Source: Naegleria gruberi
Lineage: Eukaryota
Direction: 5' to 3' (one strand)
Assembly (NCBI GenBank): GCA_000004985.1
Contig: GG738861.1
DNA length: 64,000 bases
The notes under the pieces are model-generated. The model searched no databases. It was given only the letters and a program-made list of their open reading frames with translations, and was not told where the DNA came from. How positions within the stretch are numbered: position 1 is the first letter of the stretch; every line of letters starts with the position of its first letter. Positions 34,456 to 46,318 of the stretch are shown one piece after another. A program made the translations under genes and the position numbers.

Positions 34456-35226
34456 ATGGCCTCACTCGATCAACAACAATTAGTTTTCATGGAATCCGAA
34501 GACTGTATTCTCGTTACAGAAAATGATGAAGAAAAGGGAAGAGCTTCCAAGAAGCATTGTCATATCTGGACAAATATTGATGCTACAGTTGGAGATGACA
34601 CTGTTCCTTGTCTTCATAGAGCCTTCTCTGTCTTTTTATTCAACTCTAAGGGACAATTGTTGCTTCAACAAAGAGCCACTGAAAAGATTACCTTCCCAGA
34701 CTATTGGACCAACACTTGTTGTTCACATCCTCTCTTTAACTTGGATTCTGAACGTGAAATGAAGGGACAAATGGGTGTTCGTAATGCTGCTCATAGAAAG
34801 CTTGAACACGAACTCGGAATTCCACAATCTGCTATCGATCCACAAAGATTTAATTATTTGACTAGAATTCTCTACAAGTCACCAAGTGGTAATCCACAAG
34901 ATTCTCAATGGGGTGAACATGAAGTTGACTATTGTTTGTTCTACGTTTTGAATGCTGAAGAAGATGCTCAATTTGATGAATATTTAAAGTCAATGAATTT
35001 GAATGAAGTTCGTGCTGTCAAATTTGTTGATGCCAGTGAATTGTTACACATGTTGGATGTTTTGAATGAAGAAAAGAAGGAAATTGAAATTACTCCATGG
35101 TTCAAATTGATTTGTAGAAGATTCTTATTCAAGTGGTGGGATGCTCTTTTGGTTGGAATGAAGAGTGGAGATTTCTCTGCTTTGGATGCCTTGAAAGATT
35201 TTACCACTGTTCACAAATTAAACTAA
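34456..35226 (+). CDS. IDI1: Isopentenyl-diphosphate delta-isomerase (type I, Nudix fold), single exon, 256 aa
   Basis: CLHRAFSVFLFNSKGQLLLQQRATEKITFPDYWTNTCCSHPL, then HELGIP and WGEHEVDYCLF. These are classic IDI1 blocks (catalytic Cys and Glu environment). Confidence 0.9.
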   Translation: MASLDQQQLVFMESEDCILVTENDEEKGRASKKHCHIWTNIDATVGDDTVPCLHRAFSVFLFNSKGQLLLQQRATEKITFPDYWTNTCCSHPLFNLDSEREMKGQMGVRNAAHRKLEHELGIPQSAIDPQRFNYLTRILYKSPSGNPQDSQWGEHEVDYCLFYVLNAEEDAQFDEYLKSMNLNEVRAVKFVDASELLHMLDVLNEEKKEIEITPWFKLICRRFLFKWWDALLVGMKSGDFSALDALKDFTTVHKLN

Positions 35227-35373
35227 GCAATTTTACAACTCTATTTAAAAACTAAGCAAATAAATTATCAATTATTTAATTCAATCCAAAACTCAATTTA
35301 CCATATAGTTGTGTGAATTATAAATTTTTATTGACAGTTAAAAACCTATTATTATTTATTTACACTTTATAAT

Positions 35374-37850
35374 TTATTCAGACTTAGTTTCTTCTGCTTT
35401 CTCTTTTTCTAATTGTTTTTGTAATTCCTTCTTTTCAATAAATTCACGGAACTTTTGCTCCTTGTCAGCAAAAGGTGATGGACCAACAAGTTCTCTAAAT
35501 TGTTCAATATTCATTGTTTCGTGTTTGAGTAAATATTGAGCAACAGTTTCCAAAAGGTCCTTCTTTTCAGTCAAAATTTTAGTAGTTCTTTCCAAAGCAT
35601 CTTGAATGATCAAATTAACTTCTCCATCAATCTTTTCAGCAGTATCTTCACTGTATGGTTTTTGGAAAGCCATTGATGAATCACCTGGAATTGGATAACT
35701 GACTGGACCAACAACGTCACTCATACCAAAGCTACTGACAGCAGCATAGGCAATTCTAGTAACCTTTTGTAAATCATCTTGAGCACCAGTTGACAAGTGA
35801 TTGAAAATAATCTTTTCAGCAACTCTACCACCAAGAGCTTGGGTAATGTAATCCATAAGGTGGTCCTTAGTTCTGATAAAGTATTCCTTTGGAACGTATT
35901 GAGCATAACCAAGAGCCTTACCTCTTGGAATAATGGAAATCTTCAAAAGTGGATCAGAGTTCTTACAGAACCATGAGGCCAAAGCGTGACCAGCTTCGTG
36001 ATAAGCGATAACCTTCTTTTCCTTTTGAGTAATTGGAGCAGTTCTCTTTTCAATACCACCAATAACTCTATCAATGGCACGTTCCATATCTTCCATATCA
36101 ACTTCCTTCTTACCTTCACGGGCAGCAAAGATAGCACCTTCATTACAAACGTTGGCAATATCAGCACCAGTAAATCCAGGAGTCAATTCAGCCAATCTTG
36201 GAATATTTTCTTCCAAATTTTCAACCTTCTTAATCTTTCTCAAATGTACTTTGAAAACATCTTCTCTTCCCTTTTGATCTGGTTTATCGACAGTGATTTG
36301 TCTATCAAATCTACCTGGACGTAATAAGGCTCTATCCAATCCATCAACATCAACGTTTGTTGAGGCAAGAACAATGACATTTTGATTTTCATTGAAACCA
36401 TCCATTTCAACAAGCAATTGATTGAGAGTATTTTCTCTTTCATCATTACCACCACCATACATTGAGTTACCTCTTGGTCTACCAATAGCATCAATTTCAT
36501 CGATAAAGATAATGGCTTCACCAGTTTCTCTGGCCTTCTTGAAGAGATTACGAACTCTAGCAGGACCAACACCAACAAACATTTCAACAAAGTCAGAACC
36601 AGACATGCTATAGAATGGAACATTGGATTCTCCAGCTACAGCTTTAGCCAATAAAGTCTTACCTGTACCTGGTGGACCCATCAAAATGGCACCTCTTGGA
36701 ATCTTGGCACCCAACTTTTTGTAATGATCTGGCTTTTTAAGGAATGAAACAAATTCTTGAATTTCAGCTTTAGCTTCATCCATACCAGCTACATCATTAA
36801 AAGTGACCTTGACTTTTTGTTTTACAGCTTCTGGAGTCTTTGTGATACCTCCCAAACCTGGCATACCTCTAGCAGTTGCAGTGAATGACCACAACAAAAT
36901 ACCTGCCAAGAACAATGTGAAAGGACTTGGTAAAAGAGAGTGCCAATCCAAAGATCCTGTGTAAACAATTTTAGGACTCATTGATGGTGGAATTCCCTTT
37001 TCAATTTCTCCATCTTGAAGTCTTGATTCAAATGCATCAACATTAATCATTTGGAAGTAATAATTAAATCCACTACTTGGTCCCCAAATTGATCCTTTTT
37101 GTTTTTCTCCAGAGTGACCAACAATAATTGGGACCTTCTTTTCTTCCTGTGAAGGATCCTTATGTTCTTCCTGTGTCTTTCCGTAAACAAAAGATCCAGC
37201 ATTCAATTCATCCTTCAAATAGACATAGACTTCATTAGTTCTCAAGTCATATTCCATGTGATCCAAGTTAGTGTTACCTAAAAATCTTTCTACAAATTCT
37301 TGGAATGTAATTTCCTTGTTTTGTTTTTTACCTTGACTTGGTCCAGCAGGTGTCAAGTATAACAATAAATATGTACTTAAAACAAGAGCCACAATTATTC
37401 TGAGTTTTTTAGATTTGGCATCTTGCTTTTCACCACTTTCATCGTCATCTTCCTTATTTTCCTTTTCATCTTCATCATTCTATTCCGAATTGTATAATAA
37501 TATAGATTCATCAATTAGTGATAATAAAATTCAATTATTATTGTTGAATAAAATTAGATCAATATTTCTCTTAAGAAACTAACCTTCTCATTCTTTTTAT
37601 AATTTCTATAATTTGTATGGAATTGTCTTATTATTGATGAAGTAGGTAAAGTTACTATATTTCCATTCTTTTTGAATCGTAACATTGGTAATGATGACAA
37701 TATATATTCTGTTTGTTTTTGTTGAAAATAACGCTGTTGAGTTTGTGGTATTAAATTACTAGTAGAAGCATTCAAAGGATTTGAGCCCGCCGAAAGCAAT
37801 GAAGCAGCTTGCTTCACCAAGGCCTTTCTTTGTTTTCCAATTCTTTGCAT
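35374..37850 (-). CDS. Mitochondrial m-AAA-type FtsH metalloprotease (AFG3/paraplegin-like). Exons 37850..37584 and 37479..35374, about 790 aa
   Basis: AAA module [27 protein letters not shown] region [20 protein letters not shown] zinc site [11 protein letters not shown]. FtsH-type N-terminal transmembrane region. Upstream exon encodes a basic, presequence-like N-terminus ([20 protein letters not shown]...) and joins via GTTAGT donor at 37583 and GGAATAG acceptor ending 37480 (104-nt phase-0 intron). Confidence 0.8.
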
Positions 37851-38357
37851 TTTTTTTTAGAATATATTTTGCGAATTGTGTCAGAGCAACATAGGGAAGC
37901 AGTCTTTGATGGAGGTAAAACACAACAAGAGTCTCCGCTTTGTGCTCCTCTTGAAAGGAAAAAACTGTAGATGAGCAGTGTTGTGAGCTTAAAAACAATC
38001 AAAATGAATGGACGACGCACATTTTGGATTTTGTCAAAGATGAGCAGTTGGTTGAAGAGGATGTCAAGAGGATCTTTGTTTTTGATTGATTTAATGTGTT
38101 GGTGGTCCTTTTCTTGATAATATCATCCATGGTTTGCTTGAAGGATGTTGATTAGTTTTTGGAAACTCAAAATATTGGAAGAAACCTTAATATTACAAAA
38201 GACTGAAAATTTGAGGTATTAATCTTTTACTTGAGTTATTAAAGAGGCAAAAGTAAATCCTTGTGTGAAACCATCCATCCATTAGTATCCATAAATTCAC
38301 CCTCAATTACGTGTATGTTATTATTTCTTTAGAGTCCAGATTGACTTTCAATCAAGT

Positions 38358-39269
38358 CTAATCTAATGAAGTACGTGATAATTCATCAATGTGTTCAACA
38401 GCAAACTTGGCACATCCTTCTTGTGTAATGTGTTGCAAATCAGTGACACAGGCCAAAACTCCAAAAACATTTTCACTCTCCAAATTCTTCTTCATTCTAC
38501 TTTGTTCGACGCATGAACTGACAGATTTATGACAAGACAAAATCATTCCCTTAAAGAAATTCTCAAAACTGGTAGCACTACAACGATCAGTAGCAACAGC
38601 AACAGAAAATTCTTCATTCTTTGCTGGAATTGTATTCTTTTGGGCCTTCATACATGAAATAAAACGCTGTTGGGCTTCCTTATTAAAAGTGTCAAATAAT
38701 TTCTTTGTTTCTTCATTGGAGGATGAATTTTTAATTCCTCCATTGTGTTCCTTTAAATCTCTCAAAGTTTTTGTAAAGGTTGGCATGATGGAATTCATTC
38801 CTCCTTCGGAAAGTTTGGATAACATTTGGTGCTTCTTTTGTACTCTTTGAACAATACTACTATCACTAGCAAAACAATCAGCCATTGCTCCAAAGGTTTT
38901 TTGTGTGAATGCTTCATCATTGTTGAAACGAGGATTAGGAATCCATGTGGAAACTTGTTCAGGATCTTGTGGATTCCAAGTTTCTTCCTTTGTACGAACA
39001 ATAATATCCAATTTAGAAAGACAAGTTGATGGAACAGAAGATGATTTTCTATTGAGTAACAAATTATTTTCAAAAGATGATGATTCTTGTTCTCTCACCA
39101 CTGATAATGTATCCATACAGGCAAAATAAAAGAATTCAGCCGCATCACTTCCGAGCCTTGATTGTAATTGCATCTTCATGGCTTGGCAAGTAGAGAGGTT
39201 TTCCGTAATTTGAAAAAGCTCCCTCGTTTGTGAGGCTTCGAGAGGAGTGGTAGCATTGCTTGGAGCCAT
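38358..39269 (-). CDS. Hypothetical protein, 303 aa, single ORF
   Basis: Long ORF with ATG. No motif I recognise. Composition and codon usage are like neighbouring genes. Confidence 0.4.
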   Translation of the reverse strand: MAPSNATTPLEASQTRELFQITENLSTCQAMKMQLQSRLGSDAAEFFYFACMDTLSVVREQESSSFENNLLLNRKSSSVPSTCLSKLDIIVRTKEETWNPQDPEQVSTWIPNPRFNNDEAFTQKTFGAMADCFASDSSIVQRVQKKHQMLSKLSEGGMNSIMPTFTKTLRDLKEHNGGIKNSSSNEETKKLFDTFNKEAQQRFISCMKAQKNTIPAKNEEFSVAVATDRCSATSFENFFKGMILSCHKSVSSCVEQSRMKKNLESENVFGVLACVTDLQHITQEGCAKFAVEHIDELSRTSLD

Positions 39270-39502
39270 TTTTTTGCTTGTCCTTTTCTTCTGGTGGTTG
39301 TTGCACTATACGATGACGCAACAAGAATCATCAGCAGCAGCCAATTTTTTGGCTTTTGCAATGCTGAGAATTTTCATCGAGTTGAACATTGATCATTCCA
39401 ATTGTCTTGACTTGAATTATTTTAATTTTTCTTAATTGGTTCTCATTGAAATTTGTAACTTCAATGAAACCAATTAATTGAAGTCTTTCTTCAATATTGT
39501 AA

Positions 39503-41234
39503 TTGAAAAAAATGCAACAACAAGAAGGAAGAAACGTAGACTTTCCCGAATCACTGATAAAACTCTATGCTTTGGATTTGATTTCCTTTGCGAGTGAGAG
39601 TTTGGGAAGAAATTTATCATCGGAAGTAAAATCATTAAATATCAATTCGAGTATTGATGATTTCCAAGAGGCTTGTATTCAAGTGGGTACATTGTGGAGA
39701 AATAATTGTGCAAGTGGTGGAGAGGAATTTCAAAACAAGTTGATGAATGAAGGAATTTTGTTTTTCTGTTTACAAATTTTAAAGAATTATTTTGATAATA
39801 TGGAACGGTGGGAAGAATTTGATTCGAGAAAGACTGCTCTAATTCTTTTTCAAGTATTGGCTAATGCCATGACTGGAAACAAGCCAATTCAAATTTATTT
39901 GTACGAAATTTCGGATTGCATTTTCTTTAAAGAGATTATTCCAAAGGCATTATTGTTGGGAAAGATTTTTACAAATGTTGCTTGCATGTCAATTTATAAT
40001 AGTATTGCAAAGGGAAATTTACAAATAGAGTATGTTTTTATTGTTTTTTTTGAGGATCAATGGATTCATTATTGGAATGTTAAAGATTTGAATTTTTCAG
40101 CAATAGAGAACTCATGATTCAACTTTTGGAGAGATTGTACGAAACTAAACATACCAAGGAATGGGTGTAAGTTGTTTTAAAAAAACCTTGATGGAAATTC
40201 CATTTTTTATTCACAGATTTTTGATTTACAAAAAGTATTTCCTTAGTAAGGCCTATTTGAATGAAGAGAGTGAAGATTTCTTTTTCCATGGAGAGGAAAC
40301 TTGTAGACTCATGCTGGAAGAAATTGAAAAATCAGCTGATGAAGCTCTCTTATTGGACTTGTTGGAAATTATTGATCAATTCTCGAATGAGGAAGTCCAA
40401 GCTAAGGAACCAACACCAGCAGCTGGTACTTACAAATCATTGATTGAATTCTGTGTTCAAATTATTAATATTTTAAGAGAAAAGTTTCTTCCTGGAGAGA
40501 CTGGTACTATTGGTATACTGACCTATAAGCAATTTGAGTGTTTATTTGTTTCTTTGGAGTGTCTCTCTAACTTGAGCAGTCTTTTGATATTGTCATCTGC
40601 AAAATCTGCAGAAATTGAATTGAGAACTGAATGTATGGCCGCAATGTTGAGTAAGTTTGTTTTTGAAATTCTTTTAATAACCTCTAAAGCTCTCCTTGGA
40701 TTGTCATGTGCTGTTAAGGAGTTGAAACAGGAAGGTTCTGGACTTTGCATTGACATTTTCGAACATGCAGGTCTTTTAGTATTTGAAGATGAAGAGGATG
40801 AAGAAAAGAAGGGGATGTATTTGGGATACAAGACTCTTCTCATTAGAACTATTGCAAACTTGACATTCAAATCTAGAGAAATCCAAGACTTTGTGAGAGA
40901 ACAAGAAGGCCTTCCATTATGTTTGAGTTGTTGTGGTGTTCAAGAACAACATCCATGTAAGTATTTTTTACCATCAATTTTTAACCTTTGTAAAGACTTG
41001 AGAGAATGGGGTGTATTTTGTGTGAGAAATTTGTGTGAAGATAATGAGGAAAATCAAAAGTTTATCAAAGATATGAATTTGGAAGGTATCGATGCTCAGT
41101 CAGAGGAAATTTTGGCCAAGCAAGGATTTAAGGCCAACGTTCAAAATGGTAAAATTAATTTGGAAAAGATTGATAAGAGTGAACAAGGTGAAGAAAAGAA
41201 ACCAGAAGAACCAGAAGAATCAAAACAATTATAA
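39503..41234 (+). CDS. ATXN10: Ataxin-10 family protein. Exons 39503..40029, 40101..40166, 40217..41234, about 536 aa
   Basis: C-terminal block LREWGVFCVRNLCEDNEENQKFIKDMNLEGI matches the conserved ataxin-10 domain as I recall it (REW.I.AIRNL.E.N..NQ..I). Armadillo-like helical repeats upstream. Introns of 71 nt (GTATGT at 40030, TTTCAG acceptor ending 40100) and 50 nt (GTAAGT at 40167, TCACAG acceptor ending 40216), both phase 2. Totals close (1611 nt). Confidence 0.65.
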
Positions 41235-41249
41235 TTTATCGAATAATAA

Positions 41250-43040
41250 TTAGAGATTTGCGAGTTGACCATTAAGGAAGGAATTGAACAACAAGATAGC
41301 AACCTCTGGTTGATAAGTTGGTACCATGTGACCTGTTTTTGTAAATTTTGAGTTACTATTAAATAATCATAATTAAACATACCAGCATTCTTAACTGTGG
41401 CAAAGAACATGTTTCTACTTGGATTATAACCCTTAATATAACCAACAACTTGCTTGTTAATGAAATATGGATGGTATGGAATGGTGAGAGGGAAGCCAAA
41501 TTTTTGGACAGCTCTTTCAGTGGATGGATATGGGCAACATGAATCAACCTAATATTTCAAATGAAAACAATAACATTATTTCAATAATAAAGTTAAAACT
41601 TACGTCACCAGAATAAATAAGAGTATAGAAATTAGGATCATATTGATAAATTTCTTGATAGATTGGAATCATTGAGTTGACCATATCGTTATATTGAAGA
41701 ACAGTTGAACAAACATCCCAGAACTTGGTGTTTTCAGATGCTGAAATACCATGAACAGCAAGTTGGACATCTCTTCTATTGAAATAATTGGAAATACCAG
41801 TAACATTCATGCATGGAATGTAGGTTTGAGAATCAGAGACTCTTCTTACAACCTTCTTACCAGCTTGCAAGGCAAGTTGATGAGTGAAACAAGCACCTCC
41901 AACAGATGGCTTTCCAATACAGTCAGCATAAATATTGTATGGGTTAATTGGTCCAATATTATTTCTAATGTCATTAATAATATTTTGACATTGAGCAGAA
42001 GGAGTATTAAAGTTTGGACATTGTTTTTGATAGAGATCAAATTCTTCACTTCCAACCAAAGCATGATGGAACATGAATGGGAAATAGGCATTAGCATCCA
42101 AATCATTATCCATTGTTGGATTACCAACACTCAATCCTTTGAATGAAATCTTCTTTTGACTGTTAGTATTGTACTTTAAAATTTCTCTGGCGAGCAATGG
42201 AACATAATTACCACCTGAAAATAGTCAATTTAGATCGACAAATATTTTGTTGAAACATACCATAGCTTTCACCACTGACAAAGAATGGATTTGATGAAAA
42301 TTCAGGGAATAATTCAGTAAAGAATCCAATCAAAAATCTCAAATTATCAGTTGCAGTTTCATTGTCACCTGATGGATAGTTGGTACTATTGACAGGATTA
42401 GCAGTACTAAAACCGACCTATTATATTATTATTAAAATTGCATTTTCAACAAAGCATCATTCCACACATTGAATTATTTGCATTTCAAGTTGTCCAATAT
42501 TCCAATAAATAAAATTAACATTTAACTATACATACACCATACGGTTGTTCCAAATAAATAATATTAGCTTGTTGATTCCATGAATGTGGATTCTCAATAA
42601 TTGAATTTCCTGATGGTGTAAAGAGGAATGGACCATTTTCTGTCATTAAAGCCAAAAGTCCTGAACAACCTGGACCTCCCGTTAACCACAACACAACTAT
42701 TCCAAAAGTAAATATTATATAATACAACATCATCATCATGATCCAGAGCATCATCATCAACAATGACCATTCCCAACTAACTATATTATAAACAAAACAT
42801 ACCTGGATCTTTAGCAGGATTTCTCTTTGAAGTAACAAACCAGTAAAACAACTTTTTGGCTGGTTGTTGTCCGGTTGGAATATCGACAAAGCCTGTATAT
42901 TGCTTACTTGTCATTCGACCATTGCAGAGTGGGAGATAGGTGAGTTCATATTTTGAGGAGGCACTCTCTACGTGACCACTCAAACTCCGAATCATCAAAA
43001 TGAAGAAAACGGAAGCAAGAAGAGAAAGCAATAATTTCAT
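41250..43040 (-). CDS. Secreted serine carboxypeptidase (S10 family). Six exons: 43040..42803, 42696..42536, 42417..42261, 42214..41604, 41548..41383, 41332..41250, about 471 aa
   Basis: Signal peptide [20 protein letters not shown]|[18 protein letters not shown]|VGFS. Catalytic serine block FFVSGESYG|GNYVP. LIYSGD|VDSCC. Catalytic histidine block KNAG|HMVP. Five introns (106, 118, 46, 55, 50 nt), all GTATGT or GTAAGT to AG. Phases and length total close exactly (1416 nt). Confidence 0.8.
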
Positions 43041-43150
43041 TTTTTTTCAAATCACTTCCCGCCAATATTATTTTATATTTAATATAATAATACTATTTAA
43101 TAATATTAAAAATCACATTGTTACAATTTCTTATTTTAATAAAAAATTAA

Positions 43151-46100
43151 ATGATTTTCAATCATGAAAAAGCCAAAATTCTATTAAAATTTCTCCATTT
43201 ACCTCTCACATTCTCTCCAAAGCCTCCAGCTACTCTTTCTCAAACTCTACAATGGACTTTGGAAAGATACTACAATTTACCACTCTATGGAAAGAAGATC
43301 AACATTGCTAACAATACTAATAATACTCTCAATTCAAAGAGTGAACATACAATTTCCGAGCACTCTTCCAAAGCAAATGATGATCATCAATTAAATAATA
43401 ATAATATTATTTATAATGAATTTAATAATTATGAATGGAAAAGTTATGAGGAAATTTATTGTCAGGCTCAAGAATTTCAAATTTATTTGGAGGAGAATTG
43501 TAGTGTGGAGGTTGGTGATTTGGTGTTGATTTGTTGTCCAACGAGTGAAGAGTGGGTGATTGCAGATTTGGCATGTGCAATGGCTGGTCTTGTCTCAATT
43601 CCAGTGGATCCTATGCTTGGTGTTTTGAAAATCAAACAGATTTGTGAGTTGACCAAACCAAAGGCTATTTTGTGTTTGGACTCAACCTTGTTTGATGGTG
43701 TAAAGTTGGATTGCTCTGTAAACATTGTGAAAATTGGACCATTACAGAAGAGAAGTAATTTTGATTCGAAACTGATTGCAAATCTGTCTGAAAAGGAAGA
43801 CGAAACCTATTTATTTACATTGCAACCAACTAGTGGATCAACTGGCAATGTTAAACTCACAAAAAGGACTCGCTCTAATTGGCTTAAAAGAGAAGGAAAT
43901 AGAGAAACCATTCTTCTTATCAATTCCTTATCCAGTCCTTCTTCACGTTCTTGGTTGTGGACTAATCTAATGCAAGGTGGTAAGGTGGCAGAATCTTCAT
44001 TGGAAACTTTAATATCAGACAGTCAAATTGTTCACCCAACCCAGGTTTCTTCCACTCCCATAGTTTGGGATCACATTTCCTCAGTGGTACGAAAGGGAAC
44101 AATCAAACCAACAGCATCCCTGGATGGAACAATATCGTGGATGAATACTCTTTTTGGTCCAAAATGTAGAGCTGTTACAAATACAGGTGCAGGATTGAGT
44201 CAATCAACAAGAGAATTGATGACATCGTTGTTTGGATCTGCTTTTGGAGATGGATATGGTAGTAGTGAAACAGGTGGAATTGCAATTAATGGTAAACTAT
44301 TACCAGGAGTTCAAATTAAATTAGTAGATGTACCAGAAATGGGCTATTACTCAACCGATATTCCATATCCAAGAGGAGAGCTCTATGTGAAAACTAGTAC
44401 CATGTTTGATGGTTATTTAAATGATGAGAAAACCTATCAAGGAAAATATCAAGAATGGTTTCCAACAGGTGACATTATTCAATTATTATCACCTGATGAA
44501 ATTCAAGTTATCGATAGAAAGAGTTTTACAATGAAACTGAAGAATGGAAAATTTGTTTCATCAACTTCAATAGAAAATTCTCTAAAGAGCTCAAAGTTGT
44601 TACAAGTAATTGTAATTGTGGAACAATATTCTGGAAAAGTAATTTCAGTTGTAGTGCCTAATTGGGACTTGTTCAAAGTCTTTTTGAAAGAAAAAGGAGT
44701 GGAAGGCTTGAGCAAAAGTGAAATGTGCTCCTCTGAAAAATGTAGAAACGAAGTATTGAAAGAGTTGAAAAGAATTCAATTATCAGAAGGATGTAATCCA
44801 GATGAAATTCTAAGAGGTGTTTTAATTAAGGAGAATTTATTTAGTGTAGAGGATGGTTCTCTCAATCCTTCTTTAAAGATTTCCAAGTTAGAGCTTGTTT
44901 CTAAATTTTCAAAGGAATTTCAGGAACTGAACAGTAATAATGTTGCAGAGAATGAAAATGATTCAATAGAGAAATATTTGAAAATTTTGAAAGATATTTT
45001 TGGCCACGAAGTGTCAATGGGCAACCATTGGACAGAACTGGGTACAAATAGTATTACTGTTACGATGATTGCCAACAAGTTAAATTCAACATTTGATAGC
45101 CAAATATCATCAAGCCAAATTTACAGATCTATCACAGTGGAAAATCTAGCATTTGAATTATTTAACAATACAAATGCAACTCATCATATAGAAGAGAGAA
45201 CACTATTATTACAGGATATTCAATCTGTTCTTCCACAAACAGATGGAACCAATAGAGCAGTTCCACCGGCTCCACCTCAAACAGTCTTTATGACTGGTTC
45301 GAGTGGCTTTCTTGGAGCCTATATACTGGATAATTTGACAAAACTTGGTGTTAAGGTTATATGTCTAATTCGCTCCAGTCCTGAAAAGTTTTATTCAAGA
45401 ATGGAATATTATGGAATTTCACCCAACAAGAATCTAATTGAACTTGTTAAAGGAGACATTTCAAAACCTCTTTTTGGATTATCAGTCATTGAATTTAATA
45501 ATATAAGAGAAAAGACCCACTCTATTATTCATAGCGCATCTAATGTAAATTGGCTTCTTCCTTACTCTGCTCTTCGTCATACGAATACACTTCCTGTGAA
45601 AACAATAATGCTTCTATCAAATTCAAATATTCCAATCCATTACATTTCTAGCATTGCTTGTGCAGAGCCTGGATCGTGTGAAACTCTTATACCAGACATT
45701 CCACATGACCCTGCATCTATGGGTTACGGTACTTCAAAATGGGCCTCTGAATACCTTCTATCACGCTATTCTAAACAAGACCAAGGTTCGGTTGTTATTT
45801 ACAGACCTGGTCATCTAGTTCCAACATCTGTCGATCAGGTGGTTGGACTGAATGAGAATGACTTTGTTTCTGTACTGATTTCTGGGTGTATTAAAGCAAA
45901 AGCATTTCCACCATATAGTGGAGCTGTGGAATGGACAAGTGTTGGAACAACTGCTAGTTTAATAGTACAATCTGTTATGAAACAAAAAGGTCCACTACCA
46001 TCAGAATTTAATATTTTCTCTCCATTGTCTACCAATTATGAAGATTTATATCAAGCTATATTATTGGAGGGATATGAGCTTAAAAAGTGTAATAAGGATG

Positions 46101-46318
46101 AATGGAACAATATTCTAAAACAGAAAGATAATCCTCTTAACAGTGTTTCTTTTCTACTCGTTGATGGATTGAAAGGAACTAATTTATCAAAACGATTTAC
46201 TTCATCTAATATCAAATATCTAGAAAGAGACCTTTCATGGCCAGCAATTTCAATCCAGAATATTAGAAATTGGATTAGTCACTTGCAAAGAATCAAGCTT
46301 ATTCCTCCACCAAAATGA
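43151..46318 (+). CDS. NRPS-like adenylation-thiolation-thioester reductase (A-T-R) enzyme, carboxylic-acid or aminoadipate reductase-like, single exon, 1055 aa
   Basis: Adenylation core motifs in order: LACAMAGLVSIPVDP, LQPTSGSTGNVK (A3), YGSSETG (A5), GELYVKTSTMFDGYL (A6), WFPTGD (A7), NPSLKISKLEL (A10 Lys). Carrier-like segment WTELGTNSITVTMIANKL. C-terminal Rossmann reductase with VFMTGSSGFLGAYIL, ICLIRS and catalytic YGTSKWASE (Y-x3-K). Confidence 0.8.
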   Translation: MIFNHEKAKILLKFLHLPLTFSPKPPATLSQTLQWTLERYYNLPLYGKKINIANNTNNTLNSKSEHTISEHSSKANDDHQLNNNNIIYNEFNNYEWKSYEEIYCQAQEFQIYLEENCSVEVGDLVLICCPTSEEWVIADLACAMAGLVSIPVDPMLGVLKIKQICELTKPKAILCLDSTLFDGVKLDCSVNIVKIGPLQKRSNFDSKLIANLSEKEDETYLFTLQPTSGSTGNVKLTKRTRSNWLKREGNRETILLINSLSSPSSRSWLWTNLMQGGKVAESSLETLISDSQIVHPTQVSSTPIVWDHISSVVRKGTIKPTASLDGTISWMNTLFGPKCRAVTNTGAGLSQSTRELMTSLFGSAFGDGYGSSETGGIAINGKLLPGVQIKLVDVPEMGYYSTDIPYPRGELYVKTSTMFDGYLNDEKTYQGKYQEWFPTGDIIQLLSPDEIQVIDRKSFTMKLKNGKFVSSTSIENSLKSSKLLQVIVIVEQYSGKVISVVVPNWDLFKVFLKEKGVEGLSKSEMCSSEKCRNEVLKELKRIQLSEGCNPDEILRGVLIKENLFSVEDGSLNPSLKISKLELVSKFSKEFQELNSNNVAENENDSIEKYLKILKDIFGHEVSMGNHWTELGTNSITVTMIANKLNSTFDSQISSSQIYRSITVENLAFELFNNTNATHHIEERTLLLQDIQSVLPQTDGTNRAVPPAPPQTVFMTGSSGFLGAYILDNLTKLGVKVICLIRSSPEKFYSRMEYYGISPNKNLIELVKGDISKPLFGLSVIEFNNIREKTHSIIHSASNVNWLLPYSALRHTNTLPVKTIMLLSNSNIPIHYISSIACAEPGSCETLIPDIPHDPASMGYGTSKWASEYLLSRYSKQDQGSVVIYRPGHLVPTSVDQVVGLNENDFVSVLISGCIKAKAFPPYSGAVEWTSVGTTASLIVQSVMKQKGPLPSEFNIFSPLSTNYEDLYQAILLEGYELKKCNKDEWNNILKQKDNPLNSVSFLLVDGLKGTNLSKRFTSSNIKYLERDLSWPAISIQNIRNWISHLQRIKLIPPPK

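Noticed and set aside
37759-38020. ORFs 37759..37998 and 37814..38020 upstream of the FtsH gene as additional 5' exons
   Set aside because: They are out of frame with the presequence exon (37850..37584) and have no ATG-context or splice signals. The MQRIGKQRK… exon already supplies a plausible mitochondrial presequence.
43151-46318. Bacterial contamination as the source of the intron-less A-T-R gene and of oligopeptidase B
   Set aside because: Oligopeptidase B carries four spliceosomal introns. The A-T-R gene is embedded between spliced eukaryotic genes on the same contig and shares their AT-rich codon bias. It is kept as a candidate ancient transfer rather than a contaminant.
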